A stretch of 64,000 nucleotides of DNA, from positions 2,418,001-2,482,000 of the forward strand of contig JAYWIR010000012.1 in the NCBI GenBank assembly GCA_036172245.1. Direction: 5' to 3'. Below the pieces are notes generated by a model. It was given only the letters and a program-made list of their open reading frames with translations. It was not told where the DNA came from and did not search any database. The stretch comes from Raillietiella orientalis (taxonomy: Eukaryota). The position numbers and the translations under genes are program-made. This document shows positions 11,696-25,200 of the stretch, one piece after another (positions within the stretch are counted from its first letter, which is position 1; each line of letters begins with the position of its first letter).

Positions 11696-14399
11696 GAGTG
11701 GGTTTCTGAGGGTAGGGGATGATTCCAGCTCGATGTCTCGCCCCTCTGCTCCCCTTTTCCTGATTCTCCTCTCCCGTGAAGGTGGATTCCGCGATCCTCC
11801 GGAGAAAGGCGCTGTCCCTGAAATCGTGCGAACGTGTGCCGCTGGTCTTGGAAGTGGCGGAGGCTCCAGTGATGGCGGAACCACACCAAACGGTCTTTTC
11901 GGAAGCTCCTTTCGCTCCGAGGAGAGGCTGCAACCTCCCATCCAAGAGGGAGGATTTCAACGGCCGCGGTTGGAACACGCCGGTCTCCGGATCGAGAACC
12001 TCTGCCGTTCAGAAGGGGGCCTTCCGTGGTCTCGGGGATACCACGGAAGGTTCCGTCCCCTCTTCTTCTTTTCCCGAATGGAGCGACACTGACCCTGCGT
12101 CCATCTTTTCGCTTCCTCTGATCCGACTTCCAGAAGTTGCTTGTGGGTCCCTCGTTCTGCGAAGGTGACCCAGAAAGAACTCCGGATCCTCGTGGGACGC
12201 TCCCGCTGCTGGAAGGACTCGTGCCTCTCGCCCCTTTCTCCTCTCCCTCTGGCAGCCACACTCCGAGTCGTCCGAAGCCCAGAAGCGGCTTTGCCGAAGA
12301 GTAGAGCTTTCTTTAAGCCAAAGATCCCAGCAGACGGAGTAGCCACCAAGGCCATCGCATTGGTCACCGTTGGCAAACGCTCTTCGTTCTTGCTGCCTTT
12401 GAGGGATAGCACGCTAGACTTTGAGTGATGCGGGAGCTTGAAAGGCTTGTCAGAGAGGATCCACTGTCACCAGGAAAGTTTCTCTCCTCCTTTTCTTCCT
12501 CCCTCCTTCCTTCTTCTTTCCTATTCTTCTCAGAGGCAGCTGCAGACTGCAGGCGCTACCTGGGAGTCAGCAAGGCGCATATGCAGAGTCAGGCGACTTG
12601 CTCGTTCGTCCCGGTGGGCACCCTTCCTGTTGCCAAGGACTCCATCAAAGTGCTCGCGGGAGCTGCTCCACTGCAATCTTCGATGCACTGGAGGAAGGGT
12701 CATCCAGTGCATGCTCAGTCCGGCTCGGCCGTCCCTCAGGGAAGCTGCAGGTCCTGAACGTCCCGGATGGCATCCAGGTCTAGTTGAAGAGGGGGATCGA
12801 GGGAGGGAGCAGTCAAGGCGAGAGAAGAGCACAGCGCACCGGGGTCTGTCCGCGATGGGGTCACGGTAGCTGCGTCGCTTTCCTTTCCTGCCATTTTCGA
12901 AGGTTTCGAAAGAACCTCTGGAGAAAGGGAGTGAGAGAGCTTCCGAATCCCCTCCGGCTGGCTGGTCGAAGCCGTGGCTGCCCTTCCTCGCTTGCCGACC
13001 GCAAGGCGGCGGCGACGGCGGCGGCAGAGGGGGAGACGAGGGGAGTCCGTGCGCGCGGCTCGCAGGAGGATCGATCGGTGCACGGGAAAATCGGCGCGTG
13101 CGCAGAGCTATCGGCCGGCAGCCAGGCCCTCCGTGGCCCTCGTGGAGGGAGGGGTGCAGGCAGGCTGCTCCATGGTTCCCGACCGGCCATGCTGCGTCCC
13201 CGGGGCTCCCTGATGCCCTCTCGTCGGCAGTTCCCAATGATCCCACGTCCGTCCTCCTCCTCCGTCTTCCCCCTGGCCTTCCTCCCTCTCCCTCTTCCTC
13301 CCTCCGATCGAAATTGCTTTCGTGAGGGGATCGCGGAGGAAACCGGGCTGCCGCCACGCTTTTGCAGGATGCGGGACGGAGCGACGGGATGCAACGAGCC
13401 GTCATAAATTCCGGAATTCACTTTCGCTGCCGAGCGGTCGGCAGGGTGCCCGTTGCCAAGGGAACCGCAGCTTCGCCCGCCAGGACGACGGCGAGCGAGG
13501 CTGTCGGCAGTCTTCATGGCAATGAGGCACTACCTCCCGGAGGGAGTTCACCGGGAATCGAATGGAGGATGGGGCGAACGCCTTCCTCGATGGGAGGAAA
13601 AGTTGGAGTAGACTCCACCTATCGCTCCCCACGTGTAGGGTGAGGGGCGTGGCGTAGTCAGCCTCCTTCCTTCCCTCTCCCTCCCCCATTTCTCCCCTCT
13701 CGCGTTCTCCCTTCCCCTTTTCGAGGCGCGAAGGAGCACCGTCCTCTCCATTCAAGAAAGACTTTCTTGCAAACCGGGATGGTCTGCCTTTCCGATCTGC
13801 TAGAGGGTCTCTCCTCTTTTCCGTTAAATCGGGGCAGTTGGTTCGCGCTGAGAGGTGGCGGGGTCCCAGAACACGACAAGTGGGGGATTTGAACTCTCTT
13901 CCGAGTTCTCAAAGAGGCAGGGAGGGAAGGAGGAAAGGAAGGGTGAGGAGGAACTCCTCATCCTCCTCACTTCCTCCTTCCACGCTCTCCGGTTCCGCAC
14001 TCCAACGGGGTAACCAGAGAGCGCGGCCGAGCTGTGCCTGCCCTGTAGGTAGTGATCCCAGGTGGATGACTGGCGTCCGTCGGCGGCCTGAGGGAAACCA
14101 CCTGCGAACACCAATCATCCCCTCTTTCTCCCTCCCATCCGCTCCTTCTTCCCAGCTCGTTCTTCCACTTCTCCTCTGCGAACTCGGTAAGAGGAACCCT
14201 TCCCTATTCCCTCCCCATCCTCTGGAGGGAGTTATTTCCCAACCCGTCAGTGGGATCCGGGACGAGGAATTGAGGATGAGAGTGAGGAGTGACGATTGAA
14301 CGGGACCACTTTTTCGTTCTCTCCCTGACAGAAGAACAGAAAAAAATAGACCAGAAAGCAACCACCATCTGCCTTCCTCCTCCCCTCCCCCCGCTTCCT

Positions 14400-16000
14400 G
14401 CTTGGGCCTTCCTAGCCACTTCCAAACCGCCATGGAACGGCACCACGGTACGGGACGAAGGGCGGAAGAGGGTGGCACATGGGAGGATGCTCCAAGGCTC
14501 TCCACCTAAACTTGGGAGTGCCTATTCCCGTCTCCTCCGCACCATCCCTCACCTTCCGCAGAGACACCTTCAAGAACTCCCCCAAGAGGACACCATCCCT
14601 AAGCGCGGGAGCATTCACTTTCAAGAAAGCTCATCGTCACGCTTTCTCCCCTCTCCTCCATCGAGGATCTCCCATTCTCCGCTTTCTCGGATGCTTCAGG
14701 AGGAGGAAGGAGAATAAAAAGCCTGCTTGCCTCCTTTCCGCCTTTCTCCAGGAATGGCGTCTCCTGGCAACAGAACCCTCAACCGACACTCCGTTTCCCG
14801 CTTTTTTCCTTGTGCCCGTCCTGTTTTCCGGAGACGAGGAGGGTGCTCTTCGGGCAGTGTCTCACAGTGTCCCCTTACCCCTTGGAGGGGATGCCTGGGG
14901 AAGGAGTGAGATGGCGGCGATGATGATGTCCGAAAAGGAGAGCAGGGATCCAGAAGAGGGAGGTCGCCGACGACCCGAGAAATGCCCTCTTCGGGCGCAT
15001 TCCCCACGCGCTTGCAAACGAGCCCAGGTGGGCGATACAGACTGGCTGTTCCCTCCCGGATGTCCCCTCCAGAAAGGAGAGGACTAGGGCACCCACAAGC
15101 GACCAAACGTTTCCCCCTCGAGAGAACATCCCAGCCGCCTGTGCGCGGTGCGGTCTCCCGGGTAAAATCGGTGGCCCTCCTCTGCCTTCACCTTTTCCCC
15201 CTTTCCGTCTGCGCCAGCTCGGGGAGCTGAGTCGCATTCCCGAATGGGTGACCGCTCTCTCGGGGAGGGTTCGCCCTCGTGCTCTCTGCCACCATGTCCG
15301 TCGCAGCTCGCCTGGAGAACTCTCAGGTTCCCTCGCACCCCGGCAGGGAAGAGACCGAAGACAGCCTCTGTGGAGCCGAAAACTTCCCCAAAGGTGTCCG
15401 GAGACCGTGGACGCGCCCCTCTTCGACAGACCGGGAAAAACCCCGCTGCCGTTGCCATCGGAAGCCACCGCAGTCCTCTCGCTTCCTCGTTTCCTCAAGG
15501 CCTCCCCAGAATTCTACTTCTGCCCCTCTCCTCCGAAGATCCCGTAGTCTCCCTCTGGGAGCGATCGGAACGCGTCGCATGGAGGGAAAGACAGCGCCTT
15601 GAGGAGGCAGGCGAGATGACTCCCCCGTGACTCCTGAACCAGTATCAGGAAGTGCAGCTGGCTCTCGACGTTTTCGAGGGGTGGTCACTGCCTCCCTTGG
15701 GGTAGAAAGATGGAGAAAGGGTGAGAGGAAAGAAGGAAGTATTTGTTTAGAGAGGGGGGAAGGAAGGACGAAAAGGAACGTGCGGGAAAAGGGCGAAAGG
15801 CGGTGCCGGTCACTCCTGGGTGCTCACTATCCCAGTGGCTGAGAAACCGGAGCCTTTTCTCTGGGATCGGTCCAACGGGGGAACTGGGGAACGTGGCCGA
15901 GCTGTGCCTGTACTGCGGTTGATGACCCCAAGAAGGAGCCTCCGTCAGCAACCTGCAGGAAACCTCTTGTAGGTTTCCTGCAGGACCTTTCGGCACCGGT
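14400..16000 (-). mobile_element. Degenerate 3' part of a LINE ORF2
   Basis: LLTEAPSWGHQPQYR (L...WG..P..LR), GVTGESSRLPPQGA (TGA..TP..AL) and a C-terminal GIGTPKF...LEHPPMCHP resembling the terminal Cys/His motif, in order on the minus strand. Confidence 0.3.
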
Positions 16001-16718
16001 CATCCTCTCCTTCCCTTGCTAGCTTGCTCCCTCAGTCGTCAGGAGTCAAGCGTTTCCAGGAACGCGACGAGAAGGAGATGCAGCTTTGGAAGAGTGTCGC
16101 CGTCGCTCCCTGGGGATCTCGGCATCTCCTGCCAGAACCGGGAGCGCCAAGGAGACCGGCCGGCGTCGCATGGAATCGAAGCGCTGGACTGGAAGAAGCA
16201 GCGAGGCAACGACTCTCTCGCGGGGTGGGGAACAGCAGCGCCTCTGGGGGCAAGAAACGGCGGCGCCGAGGGGGTCTCCCCTTTTCTCTTTCCCTCACTT
16301 TGTTTTCATATGTCCCACGCCTACCTTCTGGGACTTCTATCGGCTTCCTCCCGGAAAGGCATGCTGCAGAGGGTGCGTGCCTCCCATGGCTCTAGTCCCT
16401 ACTCCCCCTCTCCCTGCTCTTCTTTTTCCGGAGGAGCTCCCCATTACGCGCATCCTGTCCATCCGCGCTTCAGGTCCTCCTTCGCCCTCCGAAATTTTCG
16501 AAAGGGGCGGAGTCGCGGCAAAGGGGAGGAAGATGGGGGTAAGCGAAGAAGGGGATGCTGCGCCTCGCTTCACTCCCTTCTGTATCTTCCGATCACACGG
16601 CAAATATGCCGTTGCTGGAGACTGGGGTTCCCGAAGGGGCAGGGGGGAGAGGGAAGCAAGAACTAACAAGCTGAGGGCCGGGAGGGGGGAAGGAGCAAAA
16701 AAGATAGATGTGACTCAC

Positions 16719-17713
16719 CTCTCACTCTCTCCCGCGTTGGGCCCATGAGCCCTTCTCTCCATCACCATGGAAACCACCCACTTTTTCAGGAGGCAATCGT
16801 AATAGGGGACCGTCCAGCTGGGGGAGCCGTTCGCGTGGGCACCGGCCAGTGCCCACCCTACCACCCTAAGCAGCCACGCCTCCGAGTCCATAGGAGGCTC
16901 CGGAGGACCTGGGGGCCTCCACGCATCCCGGAGAGCGTCCAGGCTGACGACGTTCCGGCTCGCCTCCCTGGATGCGTAGGAGATGCTGCCCTCCTCTGGG
17001 TGCGGGTGGAAGAGGAATATGGCAGAGGCGGCCGTGGGCTCGGACTGCAGGAAGAGCGCCAGGGCCTCTGCTGCCGTCCAGTTCCCGAGATAAGGGGAGG
17101 GCGTGGTGGAGGAAGTGGAAGGGGACGGGGAGGAGGAACCATCCCCAGGGGCGCGTGCGGTCCAAGGACCGCCCAGCAGGTCTGCAGCAGCCGGCGCGAG
17201 ACGCTCCAGTGGGCGCAGCGGGGAGGGCCCAAGGCTGTCGAACTCAGACAGGGACAGGAAGACGCAGCCCTCGGGTCGGCCCCCATGGGCGGCCACCTTC
17301 CTCACAGCTTCCTTGGCCTGGAGGTGCCTTAGCTTGGCGTCCGCTTCTCGTGGCGGAGCGCCTTGGGCGGGAACCGGGAGGCAGCAGCAGCAGGAGAGCA
17401 GGCACAGGGCTGCCGCAGAGGGCCACTTCCGGCTTGGCGGTGGTGGGGCCCGACAGGGGCCCCTCCCTCCGCCCTCGCGACGTGGCGGGAGTTCCTCCGC
17501 CGTCGTTGCCAGGATATGGAGGGAAGGGGGGGAGGGGAGGGGGGGGAGGAAGAATAAGAATCCGGGAACACACACGCACGCACACGCTCGGGCGCGCGCG
17601 CGCGCGCGGAGCTGACAGCGGAAAGACGGGAAGCTGTGTCTCCGCTCGTCGGTCGCGACGGCGGCTGTCGGGGGTTCGGCTGCGGCTGCAGGGAATCCAT
17701 GCGCCCTGCGCAT
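16719..17713 (-). CDS. 5' coding exon of a GPR158/GPR179-family GPCR (signal-peptide-like segment plus extracellular domain); true start uncertain
   Basis: Open frame with hydrophobic WPSAAALCLLSCCCCLPVPAQG and the family motif WTVPYYDCLLKKW (W-x-x-PY-x-DC...W). Ends at gagag|GTGAGT (donor 16718) in phase 2; AG+G gives Arg and continues in frame into exon 1766-1880. 17713 is simply the only upstream in-frame ATG. Confidence 0.8.
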
Positions 17714-18299
17714 GTCCCGAAAGGGAACAACGACTGCGCTGAGCGGCCGGCCGCCACCGCAGGAGCGCTCGCCGCGGAGGAAGAAGGGCGGCCGAGGGCT
17801 CCGCGCTCCCTGCGCAAGCGCCCGTCTCCGCGTTCCCTGCCCTCCCGAAATTGGCCCGCAGCGTGCACACGTCTGGCTACGAGAGGAACACTCCCCTTTT
17901 TCCTTCTTGGAGACGAGGAAGAACGGGAGGAAGCCGCCTTATATCGTTCGGTCTGGAGCTCTCGAACGCCACCAGGGGAGGCTGGTTCCCCGATCCCAGG
18001 CACACGCTGTTTCTCCGAAGATCGCGGGTGCCCTTTTTCCTTCCCACCCTTTTTTCTACTCGAGGGCCGCACGAAGGGAGAACTCGGCCTCCCTTTGCTC
18101 TCTGTGAGGAGGGGGAGGGATGAGTTCCTGGAGTACCAATGATTTGTAGAGAGGCGGTCCGTCCCCGTAGGACCTTTCCAGTCCGGGGTGCACCGCAGGA
18201 GGTCGGTGATCTGGCAGCAGATCTGTTCCTCATCAGGTTCCCCAGAAGGGATGGAGTAGTTTCTCGGAACTTCTCGGAAGTAGCGTAGCGGGTGGTGAC

Positions 18300-21200
18300 T
18301 CGAATAGCAAGGGGAAAGAAAGGGGAGGCGTGCTCTCCCTCAGGATGGGTCAAGAAGACGCCTGGAAGGGGGGATCAGCGGCGATGGGCGTGATTGAAGG
18401 GGAACCGCATGCAACTGGATGACCGAGGGAGAGAGAGACGTGCCTTCTGAATGCGGGCTTTACTGGACGCTGGAAGTCGCGTCCCAGAGGGGCAGCTCCA
18501 GGAAGAACTAGGGTTGCTTCCTTCTGCATTGTGGACGAACCTGTCGGAATAGGTGGAAGAGCATCCGTCCGTTTCCACGATGTCCGCGGGATGCACATGC
18601 TCTCACATCGCGCTTCCCGAAAGCTTCCGATCTTCTGCCCCCTACTCCCTGTGCTCCTTTTCATCAGCACGGAAGCTGCCTCAACTACACAGAAGAGGCC
18701 GAGGGAAGCAAGAAGAGGACATTCAAGGAGGCGACAACCGACGGCTCCACTATCCAGGCGGCTACCATCGATGCCACTCGGATCGTTCCGATTTGAGTCT
18801 CCCAGGATCCCTTCGCACCCTGCTGACTTCAGCCCGGGATCCCAGACCTCCCTTCCTGCAGAAAGGGCCGGAAATTTCCTCCAGGCGTTTTTCTGTCAGG
18901 TGTTTTCCTCGAGCCACCACGCTCCTCCACATCTTTCGCCCTTTGGAATTTTCCCTCGGTAGCCACAGCCGACCATCGGAGCGGACCACCACCTCCCGTT
19001 GAGCTCTCTTTTTGCGTGAGCGTCGTGACAAACGGGTGTTCATGCCATCCCTTAGGACTCGTGGCGAGTGCCACGCGATGAGAAGTTTCCTGTGTCGCGT
19101 TGCGCATGCCCTCGAGGAACTTGTGAGGGATGAGAAAAAAAAACAGATGACGCCCTAGTTGGGACCCTTTGGGGCGGGATGTATGGCGTGTTTTTTCCCC
19201 CCCCAAGCGTCATCATCTGCATCCGCGCTCTCAGCGCCCGCGTGGGCTCTAAAGACTTCCGGTCGATGCAACAGGATTCGAGCAGGCGCCCGTGCACCCG
19301 CCGTCGTCTCTTCTAGGCACGCCGTCTCCCAGGCGACCACTCGTCAGTGTGCGCGCTTCCCTCTCCCTCCCGAGCACGCTTACACCCATGTCACGAGTAG
19401 TAGGGGGAAGGGGAAGAGGGCACATGGAGCTCGTAGTTGATGGCGTGGCAGTATGCCGAGTTCACGGGAGTTCCGATGTCTGGGGCGAAGGAGAGACCTT
19501 CTGTGGGTGTAATCGGGACAAGACCACGCACAGAAGGTCCTGCAGCTTGGAGTGGCTCGACCTCTTCGGTCGCCTTCTCTGCTTCTGGGCATCTCCCTGA
19601 CTTGCTGGTGTCCAGGACCGTGAAAATGAGTTCGTTGTCGTAGCCCTCGGTATGAGACAGGCATCTTTCTGGGTCTCGGGGCTATCGGATCTGCTGCTGC
19701 TCCTCCCGGACTTCGGCAAATACTCCTGATCTCAGCTGACCTTTCCCGAATGACTGCTCGACCTGACATGAGAGATATGTGAAAGTGTCTTATTCCTGGG
19801 ATGGTTACGAAATGAGATCCTGACGCTGCTTCCGGGATCCTTACTCGCAGAAAAAAGTGGGCGCTCACTGAGAAGAGGAAGAAGAGCCGGAGGCCACCGA
19901 CCAGAGCTGGGAAGCTGCGACATCTGTAACTTGGTGGAGTATTTCCAGGAGGCCGCCTTGGCAGCGATGGAGATGGCAGGAAAGGAGATCGTCTAGCCTC
20001 CGCCGCGGAGGAGTCGGGCAACAGAAACTGTGCTGAGGTCCTACCTTTGAGTGTGTCCATTTTCTGGGGTCCTGGAAAAAGGAAGTCAACGATGCGACAA
20101 TCTCGTTCTCTTCTCGTTGTTTTCCCCTAATGGGGGGCGTGAGACCTACGGGATCAGATGGACGTCGGAAGGCGTGATCGACCGGCGGCTACATAAGAGG
20201 GGCACTGGCATCCTGCTGCTCACCTTCAACAAGCGTCATTTCCAGCGTTTCCCGTTGCCCCTCTCTGGGCAGGGCAGAGAGCAGCGGACATGGCTGTCGA
20301 CCCGGGGCCGGGATGGAGGGATGGAAAAATGCTGACGTCTCCCTCGACCCCATCCTCCTCCTCGTCACGCAAGAAGAAGCGCCTCGCGGTGGAAGAAGGG
20401 GGACATTGGCAGGGGACGACCGCGACGACTCTGAGGCACAGCACCGAGCAGTCCGAGTTCTTCCTCGAAGGAGGAGCTGTTTTGTCCTTCATTTGGAGGA
20501 ATCTGTTGGAATAGGCAGGAGGGCATTCGTTTCCATAGCTTCCAGGGATGTCACGATGAGAGCACCCTAAACTTCCGATCTTCATCTCCCACTTTCTTCA
20601 TTCCCCCAATTCTACGCGGAGGCTACTTTGTCTCCATTGATTCACTTATCTCGGAGGAAGACAAGAAATGCTTCCTGAAAAGCACCAGGGAGGAAGAAAC
20701 AGAACCTGGGGACCTTCCCGGTAGGACTGAACTCTTCTATTTCTGCGGGAATCTTCGCCCCGTATGCAGTGCTGATCTTTCCTCTTTTTTCCCCCCTTCG
20801 ATCCCCTTTTTTTTCGAGAAGTCACCCTGCCCGCTCATCGGGCCTCCAGTAGGTGTTTCGAGAAGACTCTCACACTTCCTTCTTCATCATCCTGGTATTG
20901 ATCTTCCAAAATCCTTCCGTACCCTGCCGGATTCCCCCTAAAAATCCCGGACCTCCTTTTCTCCTCGAGGGACCAGAAACCTGCGTTCAGAGTTCCGCCT
21001 CCAGTGTCTTCTCCGGGCCACCCCGCCCTCCTCACCTTTCGTACTCTCGAGGTGAAATTTCCCTCTAACAAGTTCTCCCCATTTACCCTTTTCTGTGCTC
21101 CCTGTTTCTATCCCCTACCTCTTCTTTCCCAGTCGGCCGAGAAGGATAGGGAATGGCTACTCCCTGTTCTCTTGAAAGAATGCCATCGTCCCTTCGCGAG

Positions 21201-21800
21201 GGTGAGTCTCCCGGTGGGAGGGATTAAAGGCTGGAACAGAGGTTGCGCGTGACCCCTAGTGGATCCGCGCCGTAGAGTGCTTCTCCAGGAGAAGGGAACC
21301 CTGCAGGAGAACGAAGGTGGCGCCAAGTCTGCGGCTTCCTGACCTCCTTCTCTCGACTTCCCTTTTGAGAGGAGAGCTGCAGAGGGGTGGAACACAGCCG
21401 TCGTCCCTTTCTCTGCCCCCTCTACTCTTAGCCCGAAACCTTGCGCAGAGGGGCTGGAGGAGATCTGCTTTTCTGAAGGGAAGGGAGCATGTAGGGATCC
21501 AAGGATGTAGTCAACTCCCAGGGATTTCTCCACGTTGGGAACTGAGGGAGAGCGGGATGGGGACGCAGGCTCCGCCATCTCCGGCGTGCATCCAGAGGTC
21601 TGCGACTTCAACTCCCTCGTTCGAAGCAGCTCTAGAAGAGCCTCCGGCAGTGCATCGCAGAGTCCCGGGTCATGGGCAGTCGCCTTCTGGACTTGGCACG
21701 AGTACGACCCCCCAGCTGAAGTCCTTTTCGTCTCGCAGCGCGCCAGAGGGAAGAATGTCCTCCGGCAAGGGGCACCACAGACGCCTGGGAAAGAGCGGTC
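18300..21800 (-). mobile_element. Degenerate LINE (gag zinc knuckles, EN, RT)
   Basis: Ordered on the minus strand: RTFFPLARC...SYSCQ...HDPGLC...SGC (gag knuckles, ~21750-21580), LEGNFTS...WPG (GDFN..WG, ~21060), HFHISLMSGRAVIRER (RPISL..K..ER, ~19770), FAPDIGTP (F-x-DI-x-KA), RPKGSQLGRHLF (PQGS-x-LGP-x-LF, ~19170). Confidence 0.4.
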
Positions 21801-22259
21801 TAGAGTTTTCTGCATGAAGTCCCGCTGTTTCCCTCGACCTGTGAAGGTGTCCCGGAGGTGCTTCGTTACCGCCCGAGGACAGGCGAAGCAGCTCGAGGTC
21901 CTCGCGGTCCGGCTTCCGAATCTTCCGGATCCCCGTCTGTCTCCGTTCCCCCACTCTCTATCCTCCCTTCTTTTCCGCCTCTTTTCCGCCTTATTCGCTC
22001 CCTCTTCTGCAGCGTCCCTTGCGACGCTTCTCCATTTCTTTTCGTGGTTTTTGAGGCGGCTGCCGAAGAGCCGGTCCTTCCTTCATCCTTTCCTTGGCGC
22101 GTTTCCGTCCGAAACTCCCTGCTCAGGAACTCGCGCTGGTCACGGGAAGCCTCTCATGGGAAGCAGGGGGCAAAGAGGGGGGGGGGGGTGGAGAAGGAAC
22201 AGAAAGTTCCGGAGAGAAGAGCGCCGCTGCGCGGCGGGATCCTGCGTCTCCGACGATCA

Positions 22260-25200
22260 GCCAGGAGCGACTCCTTGGAACCCCCGATTAATGAAATTTC
22301 CACGGGATCGATAGGCGCATCCGTTGCCATGAGATACAGCATCCGATGAGGATCATACAAGTTTAATAGGAACGCCACCGGTGCGGGGTCGTCCGAAAGA
22401 CTCGGAGGCAGCGGCGACTGGGTCCCGTTCATCCTGGACCTTCCCAGGAGCCCTGGATCTGAACTCCTTCTTCCTGTCCTGAGGCAAACTGCCCTCTCCA
22501 GACCAGCGGCGCTTCCAATGGCCTCTCGGACCTTCATTGATCCTCCTCTGAAAGGGGTCTTTCTTTCTCCCCAGGAGGGCCGTGTCCTTCCGTTACCTCG
22601 CGCCGGAGTTTCTAACGGTGGCTGCAGCGGAGCCCCGGGAGTGCAACCCTCTCCACCCTCTATCTCCGTCGGGCCCGCAGCCCACTCCGGTGCCACGCTG
22701 GATCGGCTGACTCGCCCTAGCGCCCTCATCGTGGCGGTGGGAAGGGTGAGGTCCGGGCTGCTGGTAAGGGGTGCTCGTGGGGCTCCTTGTGGAAGAGTCT
22801 GGCTTCAGGAGCGCGTCCTCAGCTTGGTCTCGTGACGTGTCAGCGGGAACAACAGGCGCCCTCGAAGGGGAGGTCGACCTACGTCGGGGACTCCTGGGAG
22901 GGGACGAGTAGGTGTCGGAATTCGAACCCGGTCAAGGTGTCCTCCTACTCAGAAGAGAAAGTGCCCTTACGCTTTCCCCTTGCCCTACGAGGGCTTCCAG
23001 TCCTTCAGCGGAGCCTCAGGGCGAGAGCTGGGCGGGAAGGGGGCACCTCTCGCCCTGCAAAAAACGACGGGACTGGAAAGAGCCGAAGCGGAACGTTCTG
23101 GAACGAAAGAAAGAAAAACGCAGCCACCGAGGGATCAGTTGCGTTCCCAGGTGTTGCTGGTCTCCGGAGGAAGCCAAAGGGATCGGGGAGGAGCACGTCC
23201 CCCCCCCTCCTTTTGGAATCCTCGGAACTCCTCCTTGTCCCTCTCCTCTTCTGCTTGATGCAGTTTTCAGCTCGCAGCGACGAGAGAGCTACGCGGTGCA
23301 CCTGCCCCAAGTTGCAGAGTTCGCCAGGTCACCCCCACCTTCGTGGTCGGCCTTCCGCTGCTCGCTCTCCAGTTCGACTTCAAGGATCCCCTCCCTTTAG
23401 TAGGAAGGAGAGCCCTCCTGGCCCTCAGATTTCCATTTCGATTTCCTCCATTCCTCGCCTGCCCTAGGATCCCACTGGGAAGAGGGAGGGCCATCAGAGA
23501 AAGGGAGCAGGGTGGACGCGGACAGCTACATCCCTCACCAGCCCTTACCCTCTCTGTCCATCCCCTTACGCCTCAAACTGGGAGGGGGAAGGCAAAGATG
23601 TGCTGGGCTTCTCTTCCGCACAGCATCCCGCGCGTTCTGTCTTCCCTCTTCTTCATCTCTTCCGCGCTCTCCGCGCAAGGACAGTAGAAATACGGGATGA
23701 AGGGGACACCCCTCCTGCTCCCCATCCTGCTTTTTGTGCAGCGCGTCCTCAGGATACTGATACCTGGTCACTTCTCCGTCTTCCCGGATTGTCTCGGCAC
23801 CAACGAGCCAAGAACCTGAAGAATTCTTCCCAGGGATGGATGGCAGCTCTCCCGAGCAATTCCTCCGTCTTCATTGGCAATTCCGGGAAGGTGAGGGCGC
23901 CGCCCATATACCTGAAGAGCCAGCATCCCTCCTAGAGCGAGTTGTCCCTCTCTTTCACAGCTGGAAGAAGGACCTCGAAGTTCTTCCCGCCGTGCACGAT
24001 CTGGTGCGCCTTCCCCTTCCTCTCCTCTCCCAACAGGGTAGGCAGAGCCGTTTCGTCGGCACAACGTTTATCTCCAGACAGCTGCAGAAGTGGGAGGGGA
24101 GGGATCGTTCCCGGCGGCGGCAACCGCCGCGGTCGTTCCTATGTTTCCCGTGCTCCCGCCTCCGGCACCACTGACATCTCTGGAGGGGGGAGCGCAACGC
24201 CCCCTCCCCCCCATTAGCCACGCAGGCCGTTTCAAGGGTGGCCGACCACGAGATGGTCCTCGGCGCAACCCCGGATTTCTCCCTCTCCCACGCCGATGTC
24301 CCCGGCTCTCCCGCAAACGTAAACCGCACGTCTCCTTCCCCTCCCTCCACCGCCTGGCCCACGCAACTGCCTCCGTAGGTCATTTCCCACCCTTACGTCC
24401 CAGGACCTCTCCGAATGGATGGGGTGAAGCAGTTTCTCTGATGCTCCCGCGTCTTCCTGTAGCCTTTGCGTCTCCCCGTCCCACTTCCTGGAGAGGGGAC
24501 TGGAAGCGGAAGGGGGAAGGGGGAAAAGAAGGATAAGTTGGGCGTGGTATTCAGAAGGAGCCTAGCGGATTGTGTTCCCCGCGGGCGCATCCCGCTTCTC
24601 TCAACCTCCCATCGCTTTACCCACTCGGCCCTCCAGGATTGGGGAGCATCCGCAGGCGGACAGGAGGGGCGCTCTTCCAAGTTCCCGGGTCGTCCCGGCA
24701 GCGGACTTCTCATCTTGATACGCCCGTCCTGGACGCTCTCTTCTGCTGTCGGCCCAGCTTCGACAGCGTTTGGGGGCGGGGTAGGAGGGCTACCCCCTTC
24801 CCGCCCTTCCATCGAAAGAGAGCCTTCTCCAAGACCCGCTGACTGATGTCTTTCTGGTACCCTGCACGCGCCTGCCGAAGAAGAGAGCCTTGACTTCGCT
24901 TCTTCGGCTGCCTCCTACTGCTCCTGGGCATCTGGAAGAGTCGGGAGTCAATTACCCTAGGAAGCAAACGCGGGAAAGCACCCGTAGTGTCCCCCATTGC
25001 TTCCCAGCAGCAGCCTCGGAGAGCAACGGCGAGACTGCAATCTTGACGCAAGCCTGGACTCCCTTGGTGACCGATAGCGTCCTCCTCACCTCCCGGCCAT
25101 CTCGCTAGGAGGAGAGGAGCCCACGTTGCTGCCAGTCGGCTGGGGACCCCACCCCACCCGTTGCGATGTGGAGGCGGAATCACATCCGCCAGCAAGACAA

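Noticed and set aside
12300..12800. Possible gag zinc-knuckle remnant on the minus strand
   Set aside because: Cys/His spacing is too degraded to support a call.
20226..20585. Cys-rich minus-strand ORF (NECPPAYSNRF...PCQCP) as an extra EGF-like GPCR exon
   Set aside because: It lies upstream of the signal-peptide exon, needs a frameshift to resemble the family, has no good splice sites and falls inside the LINE remnant.
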